A stretch of 41,647 nucleotides of DNA from Eggerthellaceae bacterium (GCA_963643305.1 CAVIKQ010000001.1:1-41647), one strand, 5' to 3'. Numbered from the stretch's first letter, positions 27,446 through 36,991 are shown. Notes: generated by a model not told the origin, from the sequence alone. Translations and numbers: made by a program.

Positions 27446-27463
27446 TCAAAATCCTATTATATT

Positions 27464-29992
27464 ATGACAACATATACGCACAAAGAAGCTTTAGACGAGA
27501 GCATTAAGTACTTTAAGGGAGATGAATTGGCCGCACAGGTATGGATTAACAAATATGCCATGAAAGATTCATTTGGGAATCTGTATGAAAAATCTCCCGA
27601 TGATATGCACCACAGATTAGCTCGCGAGTTTGCCAGGATAGAGAAGAAATATCCAAACCCCATGTCGGAAGATGAGATTTACAATCTTCTAAAGGAGTTC
27701 AAATATATAGTTCCGCAAGGAGGCCCTATGACAGGAATGGGAAACAACTTTCAGGTAGCCTCCCTCTCCAACTGTTTTGTCATAGGCACAGCCAAACCTG
27801 CCGACTCCTACGGCGGAATCCTAAAAATGGATGAGGAGCAGGTGCAGCTTATGAAAAGGAGGGGTGGTGTAGGGCATGACATGTCAGACATCAGGCCGGC
27901 AGGAAGCGCAGTACTCAACAGCGCCCTTACCTCTACCGGAATAGTGCCGTTTATGGAGAGATATTCAAACTCTACAAGAGAGGTTGCGCAAGATGGCAGA
28001 AGAGGTGCGCTTATGCTTTCAATCTCCATTAAACATCCCGATGCAGAGAGCTTTATAGATGCAAAGATGGAGCAGGGCAAGGTAACAGGGGCCAATGTCT
28101 CTGTAAAGATAGATGATGCGTTTATGAAAGCAGCCCTAAACGGAGAGGAGTATGTACAGCAGTACCCTATAGATTCCCAAAATCCAAAGGTTGTAAAGAA
28201 CATAAACGCACAGAAACTGTGGAAAAAGATAATCCATAACGCATGGAAATCTGCAGAGCCGGGAGTACTGTTTTGGGACACGGTTATAAGGGAATCTATA
28301 CCAGACTGTTACGCAGATTTGGGCTACAAGACCGTAAGTACAAATCCATGCGGAGAGATACCGTTGTGCCCTTACGATTCATGCCGTCTTATAGCAATAA
28401 ACCTTTATTCGTACGTTAAGAATCCGTTTACAAAAGAGGCCTCATTTGATATGGAGCTGTTCCATGACCATGTCCACAAGGCAATGAGACTGATGGATGA
28501 CCTCATAGACCTTGAGATAGAGAAAGTAGACGCCATTCTTGCAAAGGTCGGTTCAGATCCTGAAGATGCAGATATAAAAAGGGTTGAGAGAGAGCTTTGG
28601 GAGAAGATTAGACAGAAGGGCTTGGAGGGCAGAAGAACAGGCCTTGGAATAACGGCAGAGGGGGATATGCTTGCTGCACTTGGGCTCAGATACGGGTCGG
28701 ACAAGGCAATAGATTTCTCTGTAAATGTTCAGAAAAACTTGGCTGTTGAGGCATACAGATCATCTGTTACAATGGCAAAGGAGCGTGGAGCCTTTCCTAT
28801 CTTCAGTGCAGAAAGAGAGAAGCACAACCCAATGATAGACAGAATAAAAGAGGCAGAACCAGCTCTCTATGAGCAGATGGTAAAATATGGCAGGAGGAAT
28901 ATCTCCATGCTAACCATTGCCCCTACCGGAACAACCAGTCTTATGACACAGACCACATCGGGAATAGAACCTGTGTTCCTGCCATTCTACATTAGGAGAA
29001 GAAAGGTTAATCCAAACGACAAGAATGCCGTAATAACCTTTAGAGATGATGTTGGAGATTGTTGGGAGGAGTATTATGTGTTCCATCACAAATTCCTCGA
29101 ATGGTGCAGAGTTAACGGCTACTCTGTGGAGAATGTAAAATCTCTCCCTGTAAAGGAGATAGAGAGTCTTGTTAAAAAATCACCATATTACAAGGCAACA
29201 TCTAACGATATAGACTGGATTGCAAAGGTAAAGATGCAAGGCAGTATTCAGAAATGGGTAGACCACTCAATAAGTGTTACCGTAAACCTGCCAAACTCAG
29301 TTACAGAGGAGTTGGTTGCAGATGTCTATAAAACAGCATGGGAGGTTGGATGTAAAGGCGTTACAGTTTACAGAGACGGTTCACGAGCAGGTGTCCTTGT
29401 CTCTGCAAAAGAGAACAAAGAAACCTCAACCGCAGCCATAAAGCCAAAAGAACGTCCTAAATCGTTAGAGGCAGATGTCATTCACTTTAAAAACGGCAAT
29501 GAACAATGGATGGCTCTTGTAGGTAAAATGAACGGCGCTCCATACGAGATTTTTACAGGTCTCGTAGATGACGACAGCCGCAATATCCCCAAATCTGTTG
29601 AGAAAGGCTTCATAGTAAAAGAGAGAGATATAAAAACCGGACGTAGTCGCTACGATTTCCAATACACAGACAAATACGGCTACACCAACATTGTTGGCGG
29701 CATATCCCACATGTTTAACAAAGAATACTGGAATTATGCAAAACTCATCTCCGGAGTGCTGCGCCACGGCATGCCTATAACAGATGTTATAAACCTCATA
29801 AACGGGCTTCAATTAGACAACGAAACCATCAACACCTGGAAAAACGGAGTTGAACGTTCTCTCAAACGTTACATTCCTGACGGCACCAAAGATGATACCG
29901 GCAAACGTTGCTCTAAATGTAATTCCAGCAACCTTGTTTATCAGGAGGGGTGTTTGGTGTGTATGAATTGTGGGTATTCCAAATGCGGTTAA
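27464..29992 (+). CDS. nrdJ: Class II (adenosylcobalamin-dependent) ribonucleotide reductase
   Basis: 842 aa. RNR core motifs (LSNCFV, STNPCGEIPL, TIAPTGTTS) and a C-terminal CxxC...CxxC zinc ribbon (CSKCNSSNLVYQEGCLVCMNCG). Confidence 0.88.
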   Translation: MTTYTHKEALDESIKYFKGDELAAQVWINKYAMKDSFGNLYEKSPDDMHHRLAREFARIEKKYPNPMSEDEIYNLLKEFKYIVPQGGPMTGMGNNFQVASLSNCFVIGTAKPADSYGGILKMDEEQVQLMKRRGGVGHDMSDIRPAGSAVLNSALTSTGIVPFMERYSNSTREVAQDGRRGALMLSISIKHPDAESFIDAKMEQGKVTGANVSVKIDDAFMKAALNGEEYVQQYPIDSQNPKVVKNINAQKLWKKIIHNAWKSAEPGVLFWDTVIRESIPDCYADLGYKTVSTNPCGEIPLCPYDSCRLIAINLYSYVKNPFTKEASFDMELFHDHVHKAMRLMDDLIDLEIEKVDAILAKVGSDPEDADIKRVERELWEKIRQKGLEGRRTGLGITAEGDMLAALGLRYGSDKAIDFSVNVQKNLAVEAYRSSVTMAKERGAFPIFSAEREKHNPMIDRIKEAEPALYEQMVKYGRRNISMLTIAPTGTTSLMTQTTSGIEPVFLPFYIRRRKVNPNDKNAVITFRDDVGDCWEEYYVFHHKFLEWCRVNGYSVENVKSLPVKEIESLVKKSPYYKATSNDIDWIAKVKMQGSIQKWVDHSISVTVNLPNSVTEELVADVYKTAWEVGCKGVTVYRDGSRAGVLVSAKENKETSTAAIKPKERPKSLEADVIHFKNGNEQWMALVGKMNGAPYEIFTGLVDDDSRNIPKSVEKGFIVKERDIKTGRSRYDFQYTDKYGYTNIVGGISHMFNKEYWNYAKLISGVLRHGMPITDVINLINGLQLDNETINTWKNGVERSLKRYIPDGTKDDTGKRCSKCNSSNLVYQEGCLVCMNCGYSKCG

Positions 29993-30113
29993 AATGCAAT
30001 TAAATTGGCTATTTTGGTGTTATTGCTCATTCTTCGTTCCTCATTTACTACAGTAAACTCCGGTACTCAGAATTTCGCATGCCTAAAAATAGCTCAATTT
30101 AATTACATTTTAA
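29989..30113. repeat. 125-bp AT-rich element bounded by about 26-bp imperfect inverted repeats (long hairpin, MITE-like or terminator)
   Basis: TTAAAATGCAATTAAATTGGCTATTTT (29989-30015) pairs with AAAATAGCTCAATTTAATTACATTTTAA (30086-30113), with one bulge and one mismatch. The left arm overlaps the nrdJ stop codon. Confidence 0.6.
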
Positions 30114-30153
30114 ATTAGAGAAAGAGATTTGCGCACGCCTTGAACTTATCTAA

Positions 30154-30316
30154 CTAAAATAAACGATTAAGCCGAGAGCAGAGGCAAAATTTATTTGGGC
30201 TATGCCGAGGCGCAGTGATTGTAGACGAAGTCTAAAATAAACGATTAAGCCGAGAGCAGAGGCAAAATTTATTTGGGCTATGCCGAGGCGCAGTGATTGT
30301 AGACGAAGTCTAAAAT
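30154..30316 (+). repeat. Perfect tandem repeat, 78-bp unit x 2.1 copies
   Basis: The unit CTAAAATAAACGATTAAGCCGAGAGCAGAGGCAAAATTTATTTGGGCTATGCCGAGGCGCAGTGATTGTAGACGAAGT occurs at 30154-30231 and 30232-30309, followed by 7 nt of a third copy. It ends 13 nt before the ispE ATG. Confidence 0.92.
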
Positions 30317-30329
30317 GTTTTAATAGAAT

Positions 30330-31157
30330 ATGAACAGAGTAGTATATCCTAACGCAAAGCTAAATATAGGGCTTAAGGTGCTCGGCAAGAGGGAGGATGG
30401 GTTTCATAATATAGAGACTCTCTTTCTTCCTGTACCCACGCTGACGGATATTCTCGAAATCTCAGACAATTGTCATTTGGAGGGGGAGCAGGGCAAAGAT
30501 ATAATCCGGTGTGGCAAGGTGCTGTTCAGGCAGACAGGGATAGAGGCCGGCAATCCGGCAGACAACCTTTGCATAAAGGCTTATAACACAATAGACGAGG
30601 CAACAGAGGGCAAGCTACCCCCTGTTTATATACATCTACATAAACAGATTCCCGTGGGGGCAGGGCTTGGAGGGGGTTCTGCAGATGCCTCATTTACCCT
30701 TAAAACCATTAATAGCATCTATGAATGCGGTCTCTCTAACAATCATCTGAAAGAGCTGTCTCTGCAACTTGGCAGCGACTGTCCGTTCTTCATAGAGAAT
30801 ACCCCAATGCTTGGGGAGGGGAGAGGGGAACTGCTTACCCCAATAGAGTTCTCTCTGCCCAAAGGATACCGTTTTGAATTTCTGTTTCCACCGCTTTTTG
30901 TCTCAACTGCCGATGCCTACAGAGGGATAGTACCACGCAACTGTTGGCAGGAACAGCCTGTAGACAACAGCCCCCTTACAGAGTTGGTAAAAGCCCCAAT
31001 AGAAGAGTGGAAAAATCTCATCTTCAATGATTTTGAACATACGGTCTTTGCCAAATATCCTGTTCTGGCAGAGTACAAGCAATCCCTTTACAACAGAGGA
31101 GCCGTATATGCCTCAATGAGCGGCAGCGGAAGCAGCATGTTCGGGATTTTTAAATGA
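30330..31157 (+). CDS. ispE: 4-diphosphocytidyl-2-C-methyl-D-erythritol kinase
   Basis: 275 aa GHMP kinase. Motifs: PNAKLNIGLKVLGKREDGFHNIETLF and IPVGAGLGGGSADAS. Confidence 0.9.
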   Translation: MNRVVYPNAKLNIGLKVLGKREDGFHNIETLFLPVPTLTDILEISDNCHLEGEQGKDIIRCGKVLFRQTGIEAGNPADNLCIKAYNTIDEATEGKLPPVYIHLHKQIPVGAGLGGGSADASFTLKTINSIYECGLSNNHLKELSLQLGSDCPFFIENTPMLGEGRGELLTPIEFSLPKGYRFEFLFPPLFVSTADAYRGIVPRNCWQEQPVDNSPLTELVKAPIEEWKNLIFNDFEHTVFAKYPVLAEYKQSLYNRGAVYASMSGSGSSMFGIFK

Positions 31158-31207
31158 TTACTTAAATAAAAGGTGCGTATCTTTGCCCTTTTCAAAATTT
31201 AAAAGCT

Positions 31208-31552
31208 ATGGCAAATAATGATTGGAAGAGCAGGTTGGGAATGGTATATTCTACCAATCCCAATTATGAATACAATACGGGAGAGGAGGAGATTACAGAG
31301 ACCCTTCCCCCCTGCAAACAGAAACTTACTGTAAGATTAGACAAGAAAGGGCGTGCCGGCAAACAGATGACAACCGTTGAGGGGTTTGTTGGGGCAGAAG
31401 AAGATCTGCAGGAGTTGTCGAGATTTCTTAAAACCAAATGCGGAGTGGGAGGCACTGCAAAAGAGGGGGTTATTCTTATCCAGGGCGATTTGAGAGACAA
31501 GATAACAGAGATTTTAACCAAGGAGGGGTACAGAGCCAAACGGGGTAATTGA
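31208..31552 (+). CDS. yciH: SUI1/eIF1-family translation initiation factor homologue
   Basis: 114 aa. The basic core LTVRLDKKGRAGKQMTTVEGF...KTKCGVGGT is typical of the SUI1 fold. Confidence 0.85.
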   Translation: MANNDWKSRLGMVYSTNPNYEYNTGEEEITETLPPCKQKLTVRLDKKGRAGKQMTTVEGFVGAEEDLQELSRFLKTKCGVGGTAKEGVILIQGDLRDKITEILTKEGYRAKRGN

Positions 31553-31589
31553 AGGCAATCAAATTTGGCAACAGATTTTCTTTTTTTTG

Positions 31590-31597
31590 TATCTTTG
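31590..31597 (+). promoter_or_regulatory. -7 promoter box (TATCTTTG) for hemD-rnpA-yidD
   Basis: Exact TAnnTTTG match 64 nt upstream of the ATG at 31661. Confidence 0.4.
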
Positions 31598-31660
31598 CAC
31601 CCTTGAATTATTACCATTGATTGTCTTGGTGAAGATAGTATTACAAAATTAACGTACTCT

Positions 31661-32407
31661 ATGGGTATAACTAATATTCTAATATCGCAACCGGTACCTG
31701 CTACACCTGCCCCATATACAGACTTAATATCAAAGTATGGAGTCAATATAGAGTTTATGCCTTTCTTTAAGGTAGAAACCCTAAGTGCAAAGGAGTTTAG
31801 GGCACAGAAGATAAATATATTGGATTTTTCTGCTATTGTGTTTACATCAAAAACCACAATAGATGCCTTCTTTAAACTTTGCGAGGAGCTTAGGATAACT
31901 GTTCCAGAAGATATGAAGTATTTCTGTACCTCCGAGTCTATTGCAGTCTATCTGCAGAAACACATTGTTTACAGAAAAAGAAAGATATTCTTTGGAAACG
32001 GAACAATTGCCTCTATACCGGAGCTTATTGGGAACAAGCATAAGGAGGAGAGATTCCTTATTGCCTCTACTGAGAACCAGAAAACAGACTTGCACAAGCT
32101 GTTTGCCAAAACAAAATACAAATTTGGCAGTGCGGCATTTGTAAAGACCATAATATCTGATCTTACACAGATAGATCTGCACAAATATGATATAATAGTG
32201 GTCTATACACCGCAGGATGTTAAGTCTATATTCGAAAATTATCCTAACTTTACACCACAACAGATTCGTTTTGCGGCATTCGGGCCGGCGAGTCTGAAGG
32301 CTCTTAAAACAGTAAAGATTAATCCGCAGATACTTGCCCCAACACCGGAGGCTCCCTCTGTGGCCAAGGCATTGGACCTGTATCTCGCTTCGGACAAAAA
32401 CCTTTAG
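31661..32407 (+). CDS. hemD: Uroporphyrinogen-III synthase family protein
   Basis: 248 aa. A two-lobed HemD-like pattern (ILISQP...FKVE...AIVFTSKTTIDAFF...FAAFGPASLKAL), in the usual Bacteroidota position upstream of rnpA. Confidence 0.75.
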   Translation: MGITNILISQPVPATPAPYTDLISKYGVNIEFMPFFKVETLSAKEFRAQKINILDFSAIVFTSKTTIDAFFKLCEELRITVPEDMKYFCTSESIAVYLQKHIVYRKRKIFFGNGTIASIPELIGNKHKEERFLIASTENQKTDLHKLFAKTKYKFGSAAFVKTIISDLTQIDLHKYDIIVVYTPQDVKSIFENYPNFTPQQIRFAAFGPASLKALKTVKINPQILAPTPEAPSVAKALDLYLASDKNL

Positions 32408-32409
32408 CA

Positions 32410-32808
32410 ATGAAAACATATTCTCTGTCTAAACAGGAACGGCTTAAATTGCGGAAAGAGATAAGTGAACTGCTTTTAAAAGGGAAATCAATTTTTGGTT
32501 TCCCTTTTAAGGCTATCTATTCTGCATATAAAGAGGACAAGCCTGTAGAGACAGAGGGTTATGCAGTGCGGATAATGGTGTCGGTTCCAAAAAGGAACTT
32601 TAAGAGGGCTGTTATGAGGAACCTGTTAAAGCGCAGGATAAGAGAGGCATACAGAACCAACAAACAGCTGATAACCTTAGGTTTGGGCAAACATGTTAAC
32701 ATACTGTTTGTATATGTTGCAAAAACAGAGTTGCCATACATGGCAATTGAGAAAGCTGTCTGTGGTATTCTGCAAAAAATAAAGGAGGAGGTAAATGAAG
32801 AGAATTAA
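32410..32808 (+). CDS. rnpA: Ribonuclease P protein component
   Basis: 132 aa, basic. Contains the RNR-box-like [16 protein letters not shown]. Starts 3 nt after hemD. Confidence 0.85.
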   Translation: MKTYSLSKQERLKLRKEISELLLKGKSIFGFPFKAIYSAYKEDKPVETEGYAVRIMVSVPKRNFKRAVMRNLLKRRIREAYRTNKQLITLGLGKHVNILFVYVAKTELPYMAIEKAVCGILQKIKEEVNEEN

Positions 32809-33031
32809 CTGGAGGGCGGTAGCATCGTTCCCGTTTCTTGTGCTTGTGCGGTTCTATCAGATCTGCATATCCCCCCTTAAACCCCCTACCTGCAGGTTTA
32901 CCCCCACCTGTTCGCAATATGCAATAGAGGCATTAAAAAAATACGGCCCTTTTAAAGGGCTGTATCTCTCTGTGCGCAGAGTATTAAGATGCCATCCGTG
33001 GGGAGGCAGTGGGTACGACCCTGTCCCCTAA
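32795..33031 (+). CDS. yidD: Membrane protein insertion efficiency factor YidD
   Basis: 78 aa with the signature [31 protein letters not shown]. Overlaps the rnpA 3' end by 14 nt. Confidence 0.9.
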   Translation: MKRINWRAVASFPFLVLVRFYQICISPLKPPTCRFTPTCSQYAIEALKKYGPFKGLYLSVRRVLRCHPWGGSGYDPVP

Positions 33032-34824
33032 TCCATAATATCAAACCTGCGGTATATCTCGGACTTGTCTGCAAACTCCTTTGAAAGCAGCTCTATCTCC
33101 AATCTCGGAATCTCAGATAGGTTAAGCATAATAAGACCGTCCAAGCTGTAGTTGAAATCGGGATCTACATTAAAATCAATGATTTTTGCATTCATCTTAA
33201 TATATCTCTTAAGCAGGGTAGGCAATCTGTATCTGCCATCGCTCAATTTAAAGATAAATCGGTCAAACTTCTCCAACGAATCCATCTTGCCATACAGCAA
33301 ATCCGTTGGGTTTACCCTGTAGAACTCCTCTTTAAACGGATGTATGGGCCTCACATTATGTTTAAGCTCCCACAAAGACTGCCTGTTTGTAAGATAATAT
33401 ACCATCATACTACGGTAAAACAGAGGATATGAGGCACTTATACTTGCCGGCCCTATAAGATACCCAATGTTAGGATAACGCATAACGGTGTACAGTATCC
33501 CCTTTATAAGCAGCATGAGAGGCAGGGCCTCCTTCTGGTACTTTACAACAACAAACGAGCGTCCCAACTCAATGGAGTGGCTAAGGTAGTAGCTCATCCG
33601 CTGTTTGTATCTGAACAGGGTGTCTGTATAGAACCCTTTTATCCCCTTCTCTGCATAGATCTCATCTCCAAGCCCAAGCCTGTACGCCCCAACAAGTTCG
33701 CAAGTGGCCCTGTTCCATAAGAACATCTGCTTGTAGTATGTATCATAGTCATCTGTGTCTAATGCTTTGTTTGTCCCCTCTCCAACAGCCCTAAAGGTCT
33801 CCTCCCTTAATCGTCCAAGCTCGTGCATCATGTTAGGAATCTCAGCCGAATCGCACAGATAGCACTCATAATCTGCCATCTCAAACAGTTTGCGGGAACT
33901 TAGTGCGGCTAACTCCTCTACGAGTAACCCCCTATCCAACGGTTGGGCAACAGGTTCTGTGTACTCTGTCTTAACCTCTTTCTCCCTGTTTTTTGTGCCG
34001 CATACCTCAGATTCCAAAGCGTATGTACGGTTATACAGATACGCCCCAAGCTCTGCATCCGAGGTATATTCTGCAATCTCCGACACCGAAACAGGCTTCC
34101 CAATACGCATAGAGATTCTCTTGTTGTGCTTGTTGGCCAACTCATGCGGCAACCTCACCGTTCTTAACATTGGATGCACCTTACCAATAAAATGGAAAAA
34201 CTTAGAATTTTCCCCATGGAAATAGACAGGGATAACAGGCACCCCTGCATTACGTATGAGCTTTATTATAGATGGCTGCCATGGAATATCCTTTACAACC
34301 TTCTCCCTGTTTCTGCTTGATGATACCTCTCCCGATGGATACAGCCCAAGTATTCCCCCCTCTGCCAAGGTCTCTTTGGCCAATTTCAGCCCTTTGAGGC
34401 TGCTTTTTAACCCCGGCCTGTCTGTAAAAGGATTAACCGGAAGAAAATGACTGCTAAGATTTGGAACGTACGAGAGCAGGAAATTGGTAAGAATCTTTAA
34501 ATCAGGCCTTAACTTGCCAATAACTGCAAGCATCATAATGCCGTCAATTGCACCAAAAGGGTGGTTTGAAACAAGTATTACCGGCTCGTTTGCAGGAATG
34601 TTCTTTAATTCATCGGGAATAAAATCACATTCGATATTCAGATACTCCATAAGTTTTTGAGCAAACTCAACCCCCTGATAATGACCTATACTGCGGTAAA
34701 TGTGGTTCATCTTGTTAAGCCCTGTTACCTGCATTGCAAGACGCGCAATAATATCCCCCGCAATTCCGTTCACCTTAAGGGCATTCTTAACTTGAGAATT
34801 ATTAACTAATTTTGTATTGCTCAT
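33028..34824 (-). CDS. Bifunctional acyltransferase, OlsF-like (N-terminal PlsC-type O-acyltransferase + C-terminal OlsB/GNAT-like N-acyltransferase); aminolipid synthesis
   Basis: 598 aa. HX4D motif [10 protein letters not shown] plus a LYPSGEVS block in the N-terminal half. The C-terminal half has hemolysin/OlsB-like N-acyl amino acid synthase character ([10 protein letters not shown]...GAYRLG). Confidence 0.7.
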   Translation of the reverse strand: MSNTKLVNNSQVKNALKVNGIAGDIIARLAMQVTGLNKMNHIYRSIGHYQGVEFAQKLMEYLNIECDFIPDELKNIPANEPVILVSNHPFGAIDGIMMLAVIGKLRPDLKILTNFLLSYVPNLSSHFLPVNPFTDRPGLKSSLKGLKLAKETLAEGGILGLYPSGEVSSSRNREKVVKDIPWQPSIIKLIRNAGVPVIPVYFHGENSKFFHFIGKVHPMLRTVRLPHELANKHNKRISMRIGKPVSVSEIAEYTSDAELGAYLYNRTYALESEVCGTKNREKEVKTEYTEPVAQPLDRGLLVEELAALSSRKLFEMADYECYLCDSAEIPNMMHELGRLREETFRAVGEGTNKALDTDDYDTYYKQMFLWNRATCELVGAYRLGLGDEIYAEKGIKGFYTDTLFRYKQRMSYYLSHSIELGRSFVVVKYQKEALPLMLLIKGILYTVMRYPNIGYLIGPASISASYPLFYRSMMVYYLTNRQSLWELKHNVRPIHPFKEEFYRVNPTDLLYGKMDSLEKFDRFIFKLSDGRYRLPTLLKRYIKMNAKIIDFNVDPDFNYSLDGLIMLNLSEIPRLEIELLSKEFADKSEIYRRFDIMD

Positions 34825-34854
34825 AGTAGTAATATCTTAGATTTCTGTAAAGGG

Positions 34855-34862
34855 CAAATATA
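34855..34862 (-). promoter_or_regulatory. -7 promoter box (TATATTTG on the minus strand) for the olsF-like gene
   Basis: The plus strand reads CAAATATA, 31 nt upstream of the Met codon at 34824, in the 44-bp divergent spacer shared with uvrC. Confidence 0.4.
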
Positions 34863-34868
34863 ATAAAT

Positions 34869-36707
34869 ATGGATGTTAGAAACAAAGTGGCACTGCTGCC
34901 GCACTCTCCGGGAGTGTACCGGTTTTATGACAATGCCGGTGTAGTCATATATATTGGCAAGGCAAAAGATCTGCATAAAAGGGTCTCATCTTACTTTGTG
35001 GCTGTAGATAAGAAACCGGTGAAGACCAAGATGTTGGTAAGCAAGATTGCAGATGTTGCCCATACGGTGGTAGAGACAGAGGAGGATGCTTTTCTGTTAG
35101 AGAACAATCTTATAAAGCAGTACAAGCCCAAATACAATATCCTGCTCAAAGACAGCAAAGGCTATCCGTGGATTGCCATAAAAAACGAACCTTTTCCAAA
35201 GATTATCCTTACAAGACGTTTTATAAAGGACGGATCGCAATATTTTGGGCCGTACAGCTCTGTAATGCACGCAAAAGAGATAATAAAGCTGATAACATCT
35301 CTTTTTCCGTTAAGAGACTGCAACCTGCAACTTTCGCGGCAGGGTATAGAGCAGAAAAAGTTTAAGCCATGTCTTAACTACCATATTAAAAAATGCTGTG
35401 CCCCTTGTGTGGGGTATGTTTCCAATCAACAGTATGACAGCTGGATAGAGGATGTTAAAGAGATACTTAAAGGCAACAGTGCATATCTTATAAAGCAGTT
35501 TAAGGGAAAGATGGAAGAAGCCTCCGCTGCATTGGAGTTTGAAACAGCCATGGAGTATAAGGAGAAGATAACCCTTTTACGCAGTCACTACAGCAAATCG
35601 CTTATAGTACACCCCTCTATAAACAACCTCGACCTCTTTTCCATTGTCTCCGAGAGGGGGAGTGCATTTGGCAACTTTATGAGAATCAATGGAGGCTGTA
35701 TAGTTGAAACCTTTAACATGGAGTTCAGATTGGGGGTAGAGGAGGAGCAGGCAGAGGTACTCTCCCGTTTTATAATGGAGGCATACAAGATGCTTTGGCA
35801 AGGGAAGAATATTTCAGCTCAGCTACCGGCCAATTTCCTTTCACAGGCAGCGTGTGCAGAGATATTGGTACCATTTATGCCGTTGGATATGGAGATTTCA
35901 GAGAGGTTCAGGGTCCCCTTAAAAGGGGACAAAGCCGCCCTGTTGGATTTGAGTACAAAAAACGCCAATGCCTTTAAATTTGAAAGGCTTAAGCAGGAGG
36001 AGATAAAGAACCCTCAGGAGGCAGATACCAACAGACTGCAACGGTTAAAGGAGGATCTTAAATTAAAACATCTGCCATATCACATAGAATGTTTCGACAA
36101 CTCTAACATACAGGGCACCAATCCTGTAGCTTCTTGCGTGGTATTTAAGAACGGCAAACCATCCAAGAAAGATTACAGACATTTTAAGATAAAAACAGTA
36201 GTGGGGGCAAATGATTTTGCATCTATGTATGAAGTTGTGTACAGACGCTATTCCAGATTATTACAAGAGGGGGGAGAACTGCCTCAACTTATCCTTATAG
36301 ATGGAGGGAAAGGGCAGCTCTCCTTTGCGTATAAAGCATTGGCAGACTTAGGCCTTACAGACAAGATAGAGATAGTGAGTATAGCCAAACGATTAGAGGA
36401 GATAATATCTCCGTATGAGGCAACGCCGTTTCTTATTGGCAAGAGTTCTCCATCTTTAAAGATACTCATGCACCTTAGAGATGAAGCACACAGATTTGGC
36501 ATTACGTTCCATAGGCAACTGCGCTCAAAAGCACAGATAAACAGTTGGTTAAGGGAGATTCCGGGAATAGGGGAGGCTACAGAGCAGAAACTGTTGCAAC
36601 ATTTTGGAAGCGTTAAGAGAGTAAAGGAGGCAACATTCACCGAGCTGGCTGCCGTTGCCGGGAAGCGAGCCGCAACCTTAATATCTGAAGCCGAACAAAC
36701 CATGTAA
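34869..36707 (+). CDS. uvrC: Excinuclease ABC subunit C
   Basis: 612 aa. GIY-YIG N-terminus (PGVYRFYDNAGVVIYIGKAKDLHKRV), a UVR domain, an endonuclease V-like domain and a C-terminal (HhH)2. Confidence 0.95.
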   Translation: MDVRNKVALLPHSPGVYRFYDNAGVVIYIGKAKDLHKRVSSYFVAVDKKPVKTKMLVSKIADVAHTVVETEEDAFLLENNLIKQYKPKYNILLKDSKGYPWIAIKNEPFPKIILTRRFIKDGSQYFGPYSSVMHAKEIIKLITSLFPLRDCNLQLSRQGIEQKKFKPCLNYHIKKCCAPCVGYVSNQQYDSWIEDVKEILKGNSAYLIKQFKGKMEEASAALEFETAMEYKEKITLLRSHYSKSLIVHPSINNLDLFSIVSERGSAFGNFMRINGGCIVETFNMEFRLGVEEEQAEVLSRFIMEAYKMLWQGKNISAQLPANFLSQAACAEILVPFMPLDMEISERFRVPLKGDKAALLDLSTKNANAFKFERLKQEEIKNPQEADTNRLQRLKEDLKLKHLPYHIECFDNSNIQGTNPVASCVVFKNGKPSKKDYRHFKIKTVVGANDFASMYEVVYRRYSRLLQEGGELPQLILIDGGKGQLSFAYKALADLGLTDKIEIVSIAKRLEEIISPYEATPFLIGKSSPSLKILMHLRDEAHRFGITFHRQLRSKAQINSWLREIPGIGEATEQKLLQHFGSVKRVKEATFTELAAVAGKRAATLISEAEQTM

Positions 36708-36804
36708 TAAGGTGTCTTACAAGGTTTTTCTATGGCTGAAATAATAACTTAACAAAAAATTAAACAGCGTATAATTACAGAAAAAAACCGGCAACAAAAA
36801 AAGC

Positions 36805-36825
36805 ACTTCTCTTACTAAGAGAAGT
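36805..36825. repeat. Perfect palindrome (10+1+10) containing the left copy of a 17-bp inverted repeat
   Basis: ACTTCTCTTA-C-TAAGAGAAGT. The core TTCTCTTACTAAGAGAA (36807-36823) is the exact reverse complement of 36971-36987. On the minus strand it is followed by TGCTTTTTTTGTTGCCGGTTTTTTT. Confidence 0.85.
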
Positions 36826-36836
36826 ACAGCACAGCG

Positions 36837-36844
36837 CAAAGTTA
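36837..36844 (-). promoter_or_regulatory. -7 promoter box (TAACTTTG on the minus strand) between the two palindromes
   Basis: The plus strand reads CAAAGTTA. It is the only exact TAnnTTTG on either strand that I found in 36708-37056, and it points away from the downstream lipoprotein gene. Confidence 0.4.
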
Positions 36845-36966
36845 TACAAATTCGCACAAATAGCAAGCGAAATTGCAAAAAAATCTTTTCAGAAAAAATC
36901 AATTTTCTCAACAAATTTGGGGAATTTGCAAGCAAAAGCCGCGTAAATATCTGATTATCAACGCCT

Positions 36967-36991
36967 GTATTTCTCTTAGTAAGAGAAATAC
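36967..36991. repeat. Perfect palindrome (12+1+12) containing the right copy of the 17-bp inverted repeat
   Basis: GTATTTCTCTTA-G-TAAGAGAAATAC, with core TTCTCTTAGTAAGAGAA at 36971-36987. It lies 66 nt upstream of the ATG at 37057. Confidence 0.85.

Noticed and set aside
27381-27463. Cobalamin riboswitch or NrdR box upstream of the B12-dependent RNR
   Set aside because: The spacer is only 83 bp and lacks the B12 box, the GGTG..CC core and any NrdR-type 16-bp palindromes. Only a simple 9-bp inverted repeat is present.
30154-30316. CRISPR-like array
   Set aside because: There are only two contiguous identical 78-bp units with no spacers, and no cas genes in the window.
31264-32419. 197-aa and 190-aa minus-strand ORFs
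   Set aside because: They are antisense to yciH, hemD and the intergenic promoter, and have no motifs.
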